Assembly (NCBI GenBank): GCA_903911145.1
Contig: CAIWCD010000006.1
Location: forward strand, 1 to 51,695
Origin: an uncultured delta proteobacterium
GTDB lineage: Bacteria > Myxococcota > Myxococcia > Myxococcales > 40CM-4-68-19
Direction of reading: 5' to 3'
DNA length: 51,695 bases
Shown here: positions 8,310 through 19,795 of the stretch, one piece after another
Position numbering within the stretch: the first letter of the stretch is position 1
How the letters are laid out: every line of letters begins with the position of its first letter
The notes under the pieces: generated by a model
The model's database searches: none
Told to the model about the DNA's origin: nothing
What the model saw: only the letters and a program-made list of their open reading frames with translations
Program-made: the position numbers and the translations under genes

Positions 8310-10199
8310 CTACTGGGCACAACGAAACCCGAGGCTGGCGTACCTGAGGGACGGATCGTCGTAGAGGCGGTCCGAAACGCGGAAGTACGACGGATAGCCG
8401 CCGCCCCAGGAACCGCCGCGCAATTCCTTTCCGCCGTTGTAGTCGGTGTCCAACCACTCCCAGACGTTGCCCGCCAAATCCAAGAGGCCCTGCTTCGAGC
8501 GTCCGGCGGGATAGGCTCCCACCGGGCAAGTCGTCTTGCGGTTGCCCTTGCCCAGGTCACTGCCTTCTCCGTCCCAGCAGAGTTGGTTGCTCGGCGGTTG
8601 GTTACCCCAGGGATATTCGCGACCCTCGCCGCCGCTCGCAGCCCACTCGCGCTCTTCGGACTTCGGCAGGCGTCCGCCAATCCAGCCGCAGAACGCGGTC
8701 GCTTGGTTCCAATCGACGCAGTTGATGGGATGGTTCTCGCGTCGCGTCTTCCAGTTGCAGGCGGCGCCGGTCTGCGGCTCAGTGCACGCGCCCGCCGCGA
8801 CGCACTTCCCATACGCGGCCACCGTCGTCGCCGTGCGGCCCAGCGCGAACGGCGCCACGCGCGTGCCCGCGAAGTTGCCGCCCTCGAGCGCACCACCAGG
8901 GAGGTTCACGAACTCAAGCCCGCTCTTCGGCTCGATGCGCCCCTTGCCCGGAGACGCCGCCGCCGCCCGCGTAGAGAGAACGACGCGCTTCTGCGCGACC
9001 TTGCCCTCCTCGAGCTTCAGCTCGACCGCCTGCGACGAATCACTTGTCGTCACCTCGACGCTCTTGGTGCAGAGCGGGACCTTGAAGGTGCCTGGAACTT
9101 TCCCCAGCTCCTTTCCATCGAGGAGCGCACGCGCCTCGAGCGCGTTGCCCTTCTCGTCCTCGGCCGTCACTTTGAGTCCCGCGAGCCGCGGCTTGGCGAC
9201 GATGCGCAGTGGACGGTCTTCACCCTTCTTCAGCACCACCCGCTCACCGTCGCTCTGCCAGCATGGGTCGTCGATGACGACCTTGTGCTCGCCCGCTTTC
9301 AGCTCCCGCCACGCAAGAGGCGACGCCCCCGCTTCCTTGCCATCGATGCTGATGGCGATACCTGCTGGCTCGGTCTCGACGGAGACGCGAGCGGAGATGC
9401 GCACCAGCGTGACCTGCACCTTCGCGCCGTCCTTCGCCGCGAGCTGAGCGGTCTGCGGTTCGTATCCCTCGCGCTGCAACGAAACATCATGCGGCCCTTT
9501 GGCCACCAGCTTTGAGCAGGGCGTGGCTTGGCAGAGAACGGCTCCGTCGAGCAGCACCACCGCACCCGGCGGCTCGCTCGCGAACTGGACGACCACCTCG
9601 GCGTCGTCGCCGACCGCGACATCTTGCGCGGCTCCGCCGATGTGTCCTTCGCTGCCCGCGCCCTCGCTTGCGACGGTCGCACTGCGCTTCGCGGCATTCG
9701 AGCTACGCTTTGCTGTGGGAGCCGCACCAAGCGGGGAGACCAGGGTCACCAGCGCGGCGTCCGCTTGATCGACCAGCTCGTCAATGTTCGTGCCCCGCGC
9801 ATCCGCGCTCTGCAAAAGCCGCCCATCAAACGTGGAAAACAGCCGCATGGTGAGGAAGAGGTGCTTGCCGACCTGCGCGATGCGCCCGCTGACGATGTAA
9901 TCCGCGCCCAGCTTGCGGCCGGTTTCGACCTCGCACTCCCCAGTGCAATCCGCCACGGTCTTGCCGTTCGCTTGGAGCAGCGCCTCTGTGCTCTCGCGCG
10001 TCATCACGAACAGGTCGGGCGCGCGGCGGTTGACTGCGCTGCGCGCGAGATCGCTGAAAACCACTCGGTCGATCTTCAGACCCGGCGCGATCTCGAATTC
10101 GAGCACCGCGAGATGCTTCTGCTCGGCGGCGCGGGCGGAGAGAGGCGCGAGGGAGACGAGCGCGAGTCCGAGAAGGAAGGCCGAGCGAGCAGAGTTCAT
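8310..10199 (-). CDS. DGR target: secreted protein with N-terminal CsgG/TolB-N-like domain, PEGA repeats and C-terminal FGE-sulfatase (CLec-fold) domain
   Basis: Signal peptide ending ARA; PEGA motifs SEPPGAVVLLDG and TEPAGIAISIDG; FGE motifs HPINCVDW, RLPKSEEREWAA, YPWG, DLAGNVWEW, RGGSW, GFRC. Confidence 0.93.
   Translation of the reverse strand: MNSARSAFLLGLALVSLAPLSARAAEQKHLAVLEFEIAPGLKIDRVVFSDLARSAVNRRAPDLFVMTRESTEALLQANGKTVADCTGECEVETGRKLGADYIVSGRIAQVGKHLFLTMRLFSTFDGRLLQSADARGTNIDELVDQADAALVTLVSPLGAAPTAKRSSNAAKRSATVASEGAGSEGHIGGAAQDVAVGDDAEVVVQFASEPPGAVVLLDGAVLCQATPCSKLVAKGPHDVSLQREGYEPQTAQLAAKDGAKVQVTLVRISARVSVETEPAGIAISIDGKEAGASPLAWRELKAGEHKVVIDDPCWQSDGERVVLKKGEDRPLRIVAKPRLAGLKVTAEDEKGNALEARALLDGKELGKVPGTFKVPLCTKSVEVTTSDSSQAVELKLEEGKVAQKRVVLSTRAAAASPGKGRIEPKSGLEFVNLPGGALEGGNFAGTRVAPFALGRTATTVAAYGKCVAAGACTEPQTGAACNWKTRRENHPINCVDWNQATAFCGWIGGRLPKSEEREWAASGGEGREYPWGNQPPSNQLCWDGEGSDLGKGNRKTTCPVGAYPAGRSKQGLLDLAGNVWEWLDTDYNGGKELRGGSWGGGYPSYFRVSDRLYDDPSLRYASLGFRCAQ
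8312..8422 (-). repeat. DGR variable repeat (VR)
   Basis: Encodes the C-terminus RGGSWGGGYPSYFRVSDRLYDDPSLRYASLGFRCAQ; differs from TR almost only at adenines. Confidence 0.97.
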
Positions 10200-10298
10200 T
10201 CTTGGGTCCCCGTGCGAGAGCGGTTCAGTCGGCACACTTAGCAGGTCTGGAGAAACCGCTCGAGCCGCGGCTCGAACTGTCGTCGCTTCCAGCGCCGT

Positions 10299-11451
10299 TC
10301 AATCAGCCCCCGGGATGCCGTATTTCGCCAGCGCCTCGCTGCCGCGCCGGGCATACTCGTTCATGACACGCAGGATCCCCGGCACTCGCTCCGGCACTGC
10401 CGGCAGCGCGTCGGCTGGCACTTTGAACCGCGCCAAAGCCTCACGAGCACGACTCAGCGCCGCGAGCGTGTTCTGCATCGTCTTCTCAAACTCAACGAGC
10501 TGCTCCCCGCGTACCGCGACGCGCCCGCGACGCAGCCGCTCGTCCATCGCGCTTTGCGCCGGACCGAGCGAATTCGCTGGCAGCGGCGGAGGCTGGGCCA
10601 CCACCGGCGGTGGCGCCGGATTCCGCGCGGCGCTGTTCCTACGAACTGGGTCTGGAACCCGATCGGCGTTGTAGATCGCGCGGCGCAAATAGAACCGGGC
10701 CTCGCCGAGCGTGAACACGCGCACCGGCATTTTCCTCCGCGCCTTCTCCTCTCGCTCGCGAATCACCTGATCGATCGTCTCGCGGCGCGCCTCGCTCTGC
10801 GCCACGAAGATCACCTCGGCCGGCCAGCCGTCCTTGAATGCGCTCGAGTAGAACGTCGAGCTATCGCCGTGATGCACGTTTCCGGCGTAGCCGGTCAAGA
10901 AGTGCGCGTAGCGGTCCAGCTTCGCCAGCGTCGACGTCGACTTCTTCACGTCGCGCACCGTCGCGGTGCCCGTCGAACTCCTTGAACGGCAGATCGAGAT
11001 ATTCGCCGAGCACCCACCGGAAATTCCGTGGCACCTTCGCCGGCGTCTTTCCGTCTTGCGCCACCAGACCGAGAAACACCTCATTGAGCAGAACTTCGTG
11101 TTTCAAAAACTGCTGCCCGACATCATGCTTTGGAGCCCGCTCCAGCTTCAGATTCAGACGCTCACAACCGATCTCGAATCCCTCTGCTGTCGCTGCCCAA
11201 ACCGCCGTCCATCCCTCTGCACTTCCAAACCCCAGATCACTTCTCAACACCGCACCCTGCCCGCCGACTTTCGCTGCCAACTGCCTCAGCCTCGTCGACG
11301 ATCTTGCTTTGCTTCTTCCTGGAAACATCAACCTCTCAATCTGTTCCCTGGTCAGATACCTGCACACTGCCAAAAATCCACACAACTCCCTGTCCCGATC
11401 TGTCATCTGCCTATTCCGCCCCGCCCCCTTCTCCACCGTCACTGCCTCCAT
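10299..11451 (-). pseudogene. Replication-relaxation (Replic_Relax-like) protein, frameshifted near 10970
   Basis: The 5' frame has TDRDRELCGFLAVCRYLTREQIERLMF...RLRQLA...LKHEVLLNEV and the 3' frame has TGT...LAKLDRY. The frames switch at GAGTTCGACGGGCACC. Confidence 0.72.
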
Positions 11452-11465
11452 GATTTTCTCCCTCT

Positions 11466-11531
11466 ACCTCTACCGATCCCCTGCCACCCTTTCCCGTCGT
11501 TGGGAGAGGGTGGCAGGGGATCGGTAGAGGT
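11466..11531. promoter_or_regulatory. 30-bp-stem inverted repeat, candidate origin/nick site
   Basis: Arms 11466-11495 and 11502-11531 are complementary at 29/30 with a 6-nt loop; ends 14 nt upstream of the relaxase-like start. Confidence 0.75.
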
Positions 11532-11766
11532 GTTTGCGCGGCGCTCTTGCCGCGCATGGTTCGATGCGACAACACATCGATTTCGCGGGGCGGAATCGGC
11601 AGCCGCCTCGAAACCCAACTCGAAACCACCGTGGGTGCAATGACCCGAAACCATCTGATCGAGACCCCGATCGAGGCTGTTTCGCGGTCGGCTTTCCGTA
11701 GTGTGCATGACGTTGACTTGTATGACACGACGCTGTACACGTCAATACGCACTGCGAGGAGCACGC

Positions 11767-12117
11767 ATGGGCCCGAAGTCGAACAACCGCATCACCTCCG
11801 ACGAGAAACCAGTCGTCTCGTTTCGCATGTCGTTCAGGCTGACCGCCTGGCTCAAGGATGTCGCTTCGAAGCGAGCCTGGTCGATGAACGAGTACGTCGT
11901 CAGCGCACTCGAGGGCCTGCAACGGATGTGGGGATTCCCCGCGATGATGGCCGACGTGCTCGAAGCCGATCGCAAGGCGATGGGGCTCGATGAGTTCGAT
12001 TACATCGGCCACCTGCTCGTGCGCCGATACAACGAGATCCGCGATCAGGGCGGGCCAGGCTTCGAGAAGAAAGCCAAGCGCAAGGGCGACCAGAGCGGCG
12101 TCGGAAGGCACGAATGA
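11767..12117 (+). CDS. RHH/Arc-like DNA-binding regulator
   Basis: VVSFRMSFRLTAWLKDVASKRAWSMNEYVVSALE; GAGGAG RBS. Confidence 0.7.
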   Translation: MGPKSNNRITSDEKPVVSFRMSFRLTAWLKDVASKRAWSMNEYVVSALEGLQRMWGFPAMMADVLEADRKAMGLDEFDYIGHLLVRRYNEIRDQGGPGFEKKAKRKGDQSGVGRHE

Positions 12118-12389
12118 GCGCCATCACGAACGCGCCGCAGATCAATGGCTCCGCATCGAGGAGCGGGATCACCTCGCGCCCACCGTCGCGAATCTCTCAG
12201 TCGTGTGACCGACTCTGGGACGCGGTCGACGTCGCCACCTTTCTCAAGACCTCGCGCTCCTGGGTCTATATGCGAGCGGAGCGCAACGAAATCCCCTTCC
12301 TGCGAATCGGTGGCCTCCTTCGCTTTCAGCCGAGCAAGATCCGCGAGTGGGCTGCGTCGGGCGCGGCTGCTGTCAGACAGATCCGCTAG
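12114..12389 (+). CDS. Excisionase-like HTH protein
   Basis: LWDAVDVATFLKTSRSWVYMRAERNEIPFLRIGGLLRFQPSKIREW; directly upstream of the integrase. Confidence 0.88.
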   Translation: MSAITNAPQINGSASRSGITSRPPSRISQSCDRLWDAVDVATFLKTSRSWVYMRAERNEIPFLRIGGLLRFQPSKIREWAASGAAAVRQIR

Positions 12390-12398
12390 GAGTCGACA

Positions 12399-13826
<1,428 letters not shown>

Positions 13827-13916
13827 CGGGGCGTGGCTCGTACCATCGGGCACGCGCGGCGTCAACGGAAAGGGGGCGCAGAAACATCGCGCGAGGATGC
13901 AGCGCTGCGACGACGG

Positions 13917-14210
13917 CTACGTCGTGCCCGGCTCGCCATGGTTGAGCGCGCTCTTAAGCACCTGCGAAGGCCGGAACGTCAGCACGCGACGGGCGCTGAT
14001 CTCGATCTCCTGCCCCGTCTGCGGATTGCGACCAACGCGGGACTTCTTGCCGCGCACGACGAAGTTGCCAAATCCGGACAATTTGATCTTCTCGCCCTTC
14101 TCGAGAGTCTGCTTGATGGTGTCGAAGACGAGCTCGACGATCTCCGCGCTCTCCTTCTTCGAGAACCCGACCTTGCTGCACACGCTGTCGACGACGTCCG
14201 CCTTGGTCAT
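13917..14210 (-). CDS. ihfA: Integration host factor subunit alpha
   Basis: MTKADVV...KIKLSGFGNF...RVGRNPQTG...RRVLTFRPS; canonical position after pheT. Confidence 0.95.
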   Translation of the reverse strand: MTKADVVDSVCSKVGFSKKESAEIVELVFDTIKQTLEKGEKIKLSGFGNFVVRGKKSRVGRNPQTGQEIEISARRVLTFRPSQVLKSALNHGEPGTT

Positions 14211-14267
14211 GGCGCAGAATCTATGCGGCGATTTGCACGCCTGTCAAAGGGGGTGTAGTGGCGCCGT

Positions 14268-16880
14268 TCAGCTGCGGATCTCGGCTCCGACCCGCTCGCG
14301 CAGGCGCGTGACGACTGCGGCGATCAACGCATCGGCCTCCGCGTCGGTGAGCGTGCGATCCGGCGCACGCAGCGTCAGGCTCCAGGCCACGCTCTTCTTG
14401 TCCGCGGGCACGGGCGCGCCGCGATAGACGTCGAACGGCTCGACGGCTTCGAGCAGGCCCTTGTCGTCAGCGCTGCGGATCTCTGCGCGCAGTGCGGACG
14501 CCGGCACGTTCGCAGCCACAACGAACGCGAGATCGCGCGCGACCGAGGGGAAGCGCGGCACGCCGTGGCTCTGCGGGACCGTCTGTGCCTGATTGAGGAG
14601 CAGGTCCCAATCGAGCTCTGCGACGAACACCTCGGCCGGTAGATCGAAGGCCTTGGCAACGACGGGATGCAGCTGGCCGAAAGCGCCGGCCGACGGCGCT
14701 GCGTGCGGACCAGCGGAGATCGCGCCGAGGTGAAGCACAGCGGAAAACGCAGGATGCAGCGCTTGCGTGGAGATATCGAGAGCCTTCGCCGGAGCGTGCG
14801 AATCGGTGATCGGCGCGAAGGAGATCGACGGGATTCGCAGGCTCGCGCAGAGCTCCTCGATCGCCCCCTTGAGCGCGTAGAACGCACCAGCAGAATCGAG
14901 CTCGCCAGCCTTGGGCGCGGCCCAGAAGCGCGGCTGCGTCCGGCCAACCGACGCGAGCCCGAGGCGGCGCGGCTCAGCCAGAGGCCAGGCGAGCGCGCCT
15001 TCCGCGTGGCGCGGGTCGGGCACGCCCAGATAGACGCGCCCGAGTTCGTAGAGACGCAGTTCGGTCGTGCCGCGCGCGAGGTTGTGCTGGAGATTGCGCA
15101 GGAGGCCGGGAAGCATCGAGGTGCGCATCGCGCCCTGCTCCACCGTGAGCGGATTCTTCACGCGCACGGGCCGCGGCAGCGAGACGCGGTGGCCGTCGAG
15201 TTTTTCGCCCGGCAGCGGCAGAGGAAAGAGTGCGTCGAGGTCCCTCTCGGCGACGAAGCTGTAGTTGAGCGCCTCGTCAAACCCGCACGCAGAGAGCGAT
15301 GCACGCGCTGCCGCCGTCGCAACTTCAGACGCCGCGCGACGCTGCGTCGTGCCAACTCCGGCGAGGTGCAGCGTGATCGGAATCGTGTCGAGGCCGCGCT
15401 GGCGCGCGATCTCCTCGACGCAATCGATCTCGCGCGTCAGATCGCGGCGGAATCCGGGCACCTGCCACAGACGCTTGTCTGTATTTCCCTCGATTGCTTT
15501 GAGCCCCAACGATTCGAGCCGCGCCTCGACCTCGGCAGCAGGAATCTCGACGCCGAGGGTTCGGCTCACCTGCGCGGGACGCACCCAGATCTTCGTCGGC
15601 TGGCGATGCGGCTCAGGCCAGAGGTCGATGACACCACTCACGACAGTTCCGCCCGCGAGCTGCGCAATCAACTCCGCGCAGCGATCGAGTGCGCGCCGCG
15701 CCGTCTCCTCGTCAGCGCCCTTCTCGAACCGCGCGCTCGCCTCGCTCTTGAGCCCTTGTCGCTTGCTCGTGCGGCGCGTCCCCGGCCCGTCAAATACGGC
15801 GCTCTCGAGGAGGATGCGCACGGTGCCGTCCGACACTTCGCTGGTCTGACCGCCCATGATTCCCGCGAGCGCGACGGGCCCTTCCCCGTCGCAGATCAGC
15901 AGATCATCGGCCGCGAGCTCGCGCTCCTTCGCGTCGAGCGTGATCATCTTCTCGCCCGCGCGAGCCGTGCGCACGACGATGCGTGCCCCGCGCAGCTTGT
16001 CGAGATCGAAGGCATGCAGCGGATGCCCCAGCTCGAGCAGCGCCAGGTTCGTTGCGTCGACGACGTTGCTGATCGCACGCACGCCGCTCGCGCGCAGACG
16101 TTCTTGAAGATGCAGAGGAGAGGGCGCGACGCGAACCCCTTCGATGACGCGCGCGAGATAGCGCGAGCAGCGCGGCTCGCCGAAAGCGACCGCGAGATCG
16201 GCGGCAAACTCGACCTTCGCCTTGCCATGCACAGGCAGAGACGCGTCGCTGCCTTCGCGCGCGAGTTGCGCCTCCGAAGCGCGCAACGCCATGCCCAGAG
16301 CGGCCGAGAGCTCGCGCGCAATTCCGAGATGCGAGAGCGCATCGGGACGGTTCGGGGTGACGTTCAACTCGAGAATCGTGTCCGGCAGCCCGAGCAGCGA
16401 CTCCACCGGCGTGCCCAGCTTCGTCGCGTGAGGTAGATGCATCAGCCCGGCGTGATCGTCGCCAAGACCGAGTTCGCGCGCCGAGCAGAGCATCCCGAAG
16501 CTCTCGTTGCCGCGCAGCTTCGCCGCCTTGATCTTCATCCCGCCAGGCAGGTCAGCACCGACGCGCGCCAGCGGAACCACGTCTCCGGCTGCGTAGTTCT
16601 GCGCGCCGCAGACGACCTTCCAGATCTGCGTGCCGTCGTCGACTTCGCAGAGCGAGAGATGATCCGAGCCGGCGATCGGCGAGCGCGTCACGACCCGCGC
16701 GGCGACAACTCCGGCCGGCGCGCCCTCGGCGGATTGCTGCGCGGGAAGCCCGTGCTCCTCGCGACCTTCCACCTCGAATCCGATCGCGGTGAGCTTCTGC
16801 GCGATCTCGTCGTTCGTCAGCGGGTGCGCCGAGAGCGTGACGCTGCACAGTTCGCGAAGCCAGTTCAGGGAGATCTTCAT
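14268..16880 (-). CDS. pheT: Phenylalanine-tRNA ligase beta subunit
   Basis: MKISLNWLRE, VVCGAQN, VTPNRPDALSHLGIARE, FDVYRG...KKSVA. Confidence 0.98.
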   Translation of the reverse strand: MKISLNWLRELCSVTLSAHPLTNDEIAQKLTAIGFEVEGREEHGLPAQQSAEGAPAGVVAARVVTRSPIAGSDHLSLCEVDDGTQIWKVVCGAQNYAAGDVVPLARVGADLPGGMKIKAAKLRGNESFGMLCSARELGLGDDHAGLMHLPHATKLGTPVESLLGLPDTILELNVTPNRPDALSHLGIARELSAALGMALRASEAQLAREGSDASLPVHGKAKVEFAADLAVAFGEPRCSRYLARVIEGVRVAPSPLHLQERLRASGVRAISNVVDATNLALLELGHPLHAFDLDKLRGARIVVRTARAGEKMITLDAKERELAADDLLICDGEGPVALAGIMGGQTSEVSDGTVRILLESAVFDGPGTRRTSKRQGLKSEASARFEKGADEETARRALDRCAELIAQLAGGTVVSGVIDLWPEPHRQPTKIWVRPAQVSRTLGVEIPAAEVEARLESLGLKAIEGNTDKRLWQVPGFRRDLTREIDCVEEIARQRGLDTIPITLHLAGVGTTQRRAASEVATAAARASLSACGFDEALNYSFVAERDLDALFPLPLPGEKLDGHRVSLPRPVRVKNPLTVEQGAMRTSMLPGLLRNLQHNLARGTTELRLYELGRVYLGVPDPRHAEGALAWPLAEPRRLGLASVGRTQPRFWAAPKAGELDSAGAFYALKGAIEELCASLRIPSISFAPITDSHAPAKALDISTQALHPAFSAVLHLGAISAGPHAAPSAGAFGQLHPVVAKAFDLPAEVFVAELDWDLLLNQAQTVPQSHGVPRFPSVARDLAFVVAANVPASALRAEIRSADDKGLLEAVEPFDVYRGAPVPADKKSVAWSLTLRAPDRTLTDAEADALIAAVVTRLRERVGAEIRS

Positions 16881-16970
16881 GTCCGGGACGCCTTTTCTGC
16901 CTCAAGCCCAATCACGGCAGATGATTGCTATGCCAATCAATATGCTTTGCACTCAAACGATCGAAGCGAA

Positions 16971-18041
16971 CTAGAGCTGTTGCAGGAAGCGCACGTCGTT
17001 CTCGAAAAGCGCGCGCAGGTCGTCGATGCCGTGGCGCAGCAGCGCGAGGCGATCGATGCCGACACCGAACGCGTAGCCGCTCACGACTTCCGGATCGTAG
17101 CCGGCCATCCGGAGCACGTCGGGATTGACCATTCCCGCGCCGAGCACCTCGAGCCAGCCGGTGTTCTTGCAGAGGCGGCAGCCCTTCCCTGCGCAGGCGG
17201 GATGCGAGATGTCGACCTCGGCCGACGGCTCGGTGAACGGGAAGTAGCTCGGGCGCAGGCGCGTTTTCGTGCCCGGTCCGAAGAAGCCCTTCACGAACGA
17301 ATCGAGCGTGCCGCGCAGGTGCGCCATCGAGAGCCCCGCTTCGACGTGAAGGCACTCGACCTGGTGGAACATCGGCGTGTGCGTGACGTCCGAGTCGCAC
17401 CGGTAGACCTTGCCCGGCGCGATGATCCGCACGGGAGGCTTCTGCGCGAGCATCGTGCGGATCTGCACAGGGCTCGTGTGCGTGCGCAGCAGGAGTGCGC
17501 TCTGTGCGCCGCGCGTCGGAGGCGAGCCTGGAGGCGGCGCGGGCGCGGTCGACATGTCGATATAGAAGGTGTCCTGCATGTCGCGCGCAGGATGGTCGGG
17601 CGGGATCGCGAGCATCTCGAAGTTGTAGAGGTCCCACTCGAGCTCGGGGCCGTCGGCCGTGGCGAATCCGAGACGCGCGAAGATCTCGATGATGTCGTCC
17701 ATCGCCTGCGAGACGGGATGGCGATGGCCGCGCGCACGAGGAAGACCGGGCAGCGTGACGTCGACGGGCTCCCGCTTCAGCTCAGCCGCGAGCGCCTTCT
17801 GTCCGGCCGCAGCCTTCGCGGAGTCGAGCGCAGCTTCGATGCCGACCTTGACCCGATTCATCGCCTCGCCCGCCTTCGGGCGATCCTCGGCGGCGAGCTT
17901 GCCCATCCCGCGCAGCAGCGCCGAGAGCGAGCCCTTCTTGCCGAGATACTTCACGCGCGCGGCCTCGACATCGGCCTCAAGAGTCAGCTGCGCGATCTCG
18001 GTCGTGGCTTGTGCGAGCAGCGTTTCGAGTTCCTCAAGCAT
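16971..18041 (-). CDS. pheS: Phenylalanine-tRNA ligase alpha subunit
   Basis: HPARDMQDTF, LLRTHTSPVQIR, RLRPSYFPFTEPSAEVD. An alternative ATG lies at 18047. Confidence 0.98.
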   Translation of the reverse strand: MLEELETLLAQATTEIAQLTLEADVEAARVKYLGKKGSLSALLRGMGKLAAEDRPKAGEAMNRVKVGIEAALDSAKAAAGQKALAAELKREPVDVTLPGLPRARGHRHPVSQAMDDIIEIFARLGFATADGPELEWDLYNFEMLAIPPDHPARDMQDTFYIDMSTAPAPPPGSPPTRGAQSALLLRTHTSPVQIRTMLAQKPPVRIIAPGKVYRCDSDVTHTPMFHQVECLHVEAGLSMAHLRGTLDSFVKGFFGPGTKTRLRPSYFPFTEPSAEVDISHPACAGKGCRLCKNTGWLEVLGAGMVNPDVLRMAGYDPEVVSGYAFGVGIDRLALLRHGIDDLRALFENDVRFLQQL

Positions 18042-18071
18042 GAACATCTCCGAGGAGAGAACAGAGTGTAG

Positions 18072-18108
18072 AAACGAAACGGGCCGCCTGGGTTGCCCCG
18101 GCGGCCCG
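18072..18108 (-). terminator. Probable intrinsic terminator after rplT
   Basis: Stem CGGGCCGCC/GGCGGCCCG followed by TTTCGTTT on the minus strand. Confidence 0.6.
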
Positions 18109-18132
18109 CTCGCGTGAAGCTTGAAGCGAACT

Positions 18133-18477
18133 CTACGCCGCGGCCTTCTTCACGATGGCCGTAAAGGCCGCCGGGTCGAAGAGAGCGATGTCCGCGAGAA
18201 CCTTGCGGTCGAGGCCGATGCCGGCCTTCTTGAGCCCCGCGATGAGGCGCGAGTAGGACAATCCGTTGAGCCGGGCGCCTGCGTTGATGCGGGCGATCCA
18301 GAGCGAGCGGAAGTCGCGACGACGGATGCGGCGGCCCTTCGCCGACTGCATCATGGCCCGTTCGACGGCCTCGTTCGCACGCTTGTAGCAACCATTGCGA
18401 CGGCCGCGGAAGCCCTTGGCGAGCTTGAGGACGCGGTTACGACGCTGACGAGCTTTAAACCCACGCTTGACGCGCAT
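18133..18477 (-). CDS. rplT: 50S ribosomal protein L20
   Basis: RVKRG...LKLAKGFRG...[13 protein letters not shown]...[10 protein letters not shown]. Confidence 0.98.
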   Translation of the reverse strand: MRVKRGFKARQRRNRVLKLAKGFRGRRNGCYKRANEAVERAMMQSAKGRRIRRRDFRSLWIARINAGARLNGLSYSRLIAGLKKAGIGLDRKVLADIALFDPAAFTAIVKKAAA

Positions 18478-18580
18478 TGTACTTCTCCTGGTGTTCCATC
18501 ACTGGCTTGAGAACCAGAGGCCCGCCGCGGGCTTTGAACTCTGCGGCGCGTATGGATGGTTTGACTGCGACTGCAGAAAT

Positions 18581-18790
18581 CTACTTCGGCAACCCGTACG
18601 GGAGCGCCTTCTTGAGGTGCTTCTCGTCAACGCGCTTGAGCACGGCGCTTCCGCGCAGGCTCCGCTTGCGCTTGCGGGACTTGCTCAGGGTGAGATTGTG
18701 GCGCCGGTTGATGCTCTGCGCCTTGATCTTGCCCGTACCCGTGCTGCGGAATCGCTTCACGGCAGAGCGCTTGGTCTTAAGCTTCGGCAT
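18581..18790 (-). CDS. rpmI: 50S ribosomal protein L35
   Basis: MPKLKTKRSAVKRFRSTGTGKIK. Confidence 0.97.
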   Translation of the reverse strand: MPKLKTKRSAVKRFRSTGTGKIKAQSINRRHNLTLSKSRKRKRSLRGSAVLKRVDEKHLKKALPYGLPK

Positions 18791-18874
18791 GGCGAACAGT
18801 TCCCTTCAATCGAAACAGAGCGCGGCGCTATACACGAACCGCCGCGCGGGTGCAAGAGAGTGTGAAGTTGACGT

Positions 18875-19573
<699 letters not shown>

Positions 19574-19795
19574 GGCAGACTCCCAAATAGAGTGAAGACA
19601 AGTTGCAGCGCGTGAGCTGCTGCAGAGAGAAAAGACTCCTCGCGAACGGACGGCGGCTCGCGAGGCGGCGCATCGTAGTCAGGGAAGGCCGACTGTCAAG
19701 CGGCAGTTCCGTCTGCGTGCGACCTCTCCAGTGAGAAGTCACGCGCCGCGGGCGACGGATGTTCGCGCGCGCGGGCACGCGGACGGCCTTCTCGA

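Noticed and set aside
7590..9515. Long plus-strand ORFs antisense to real genes (also 14667-16436, 16437-18071, 22811-24232)
   Set aside because: Shadow ORFs typical of high-GC DNA, with no motifs, overlapping well-supported genes.
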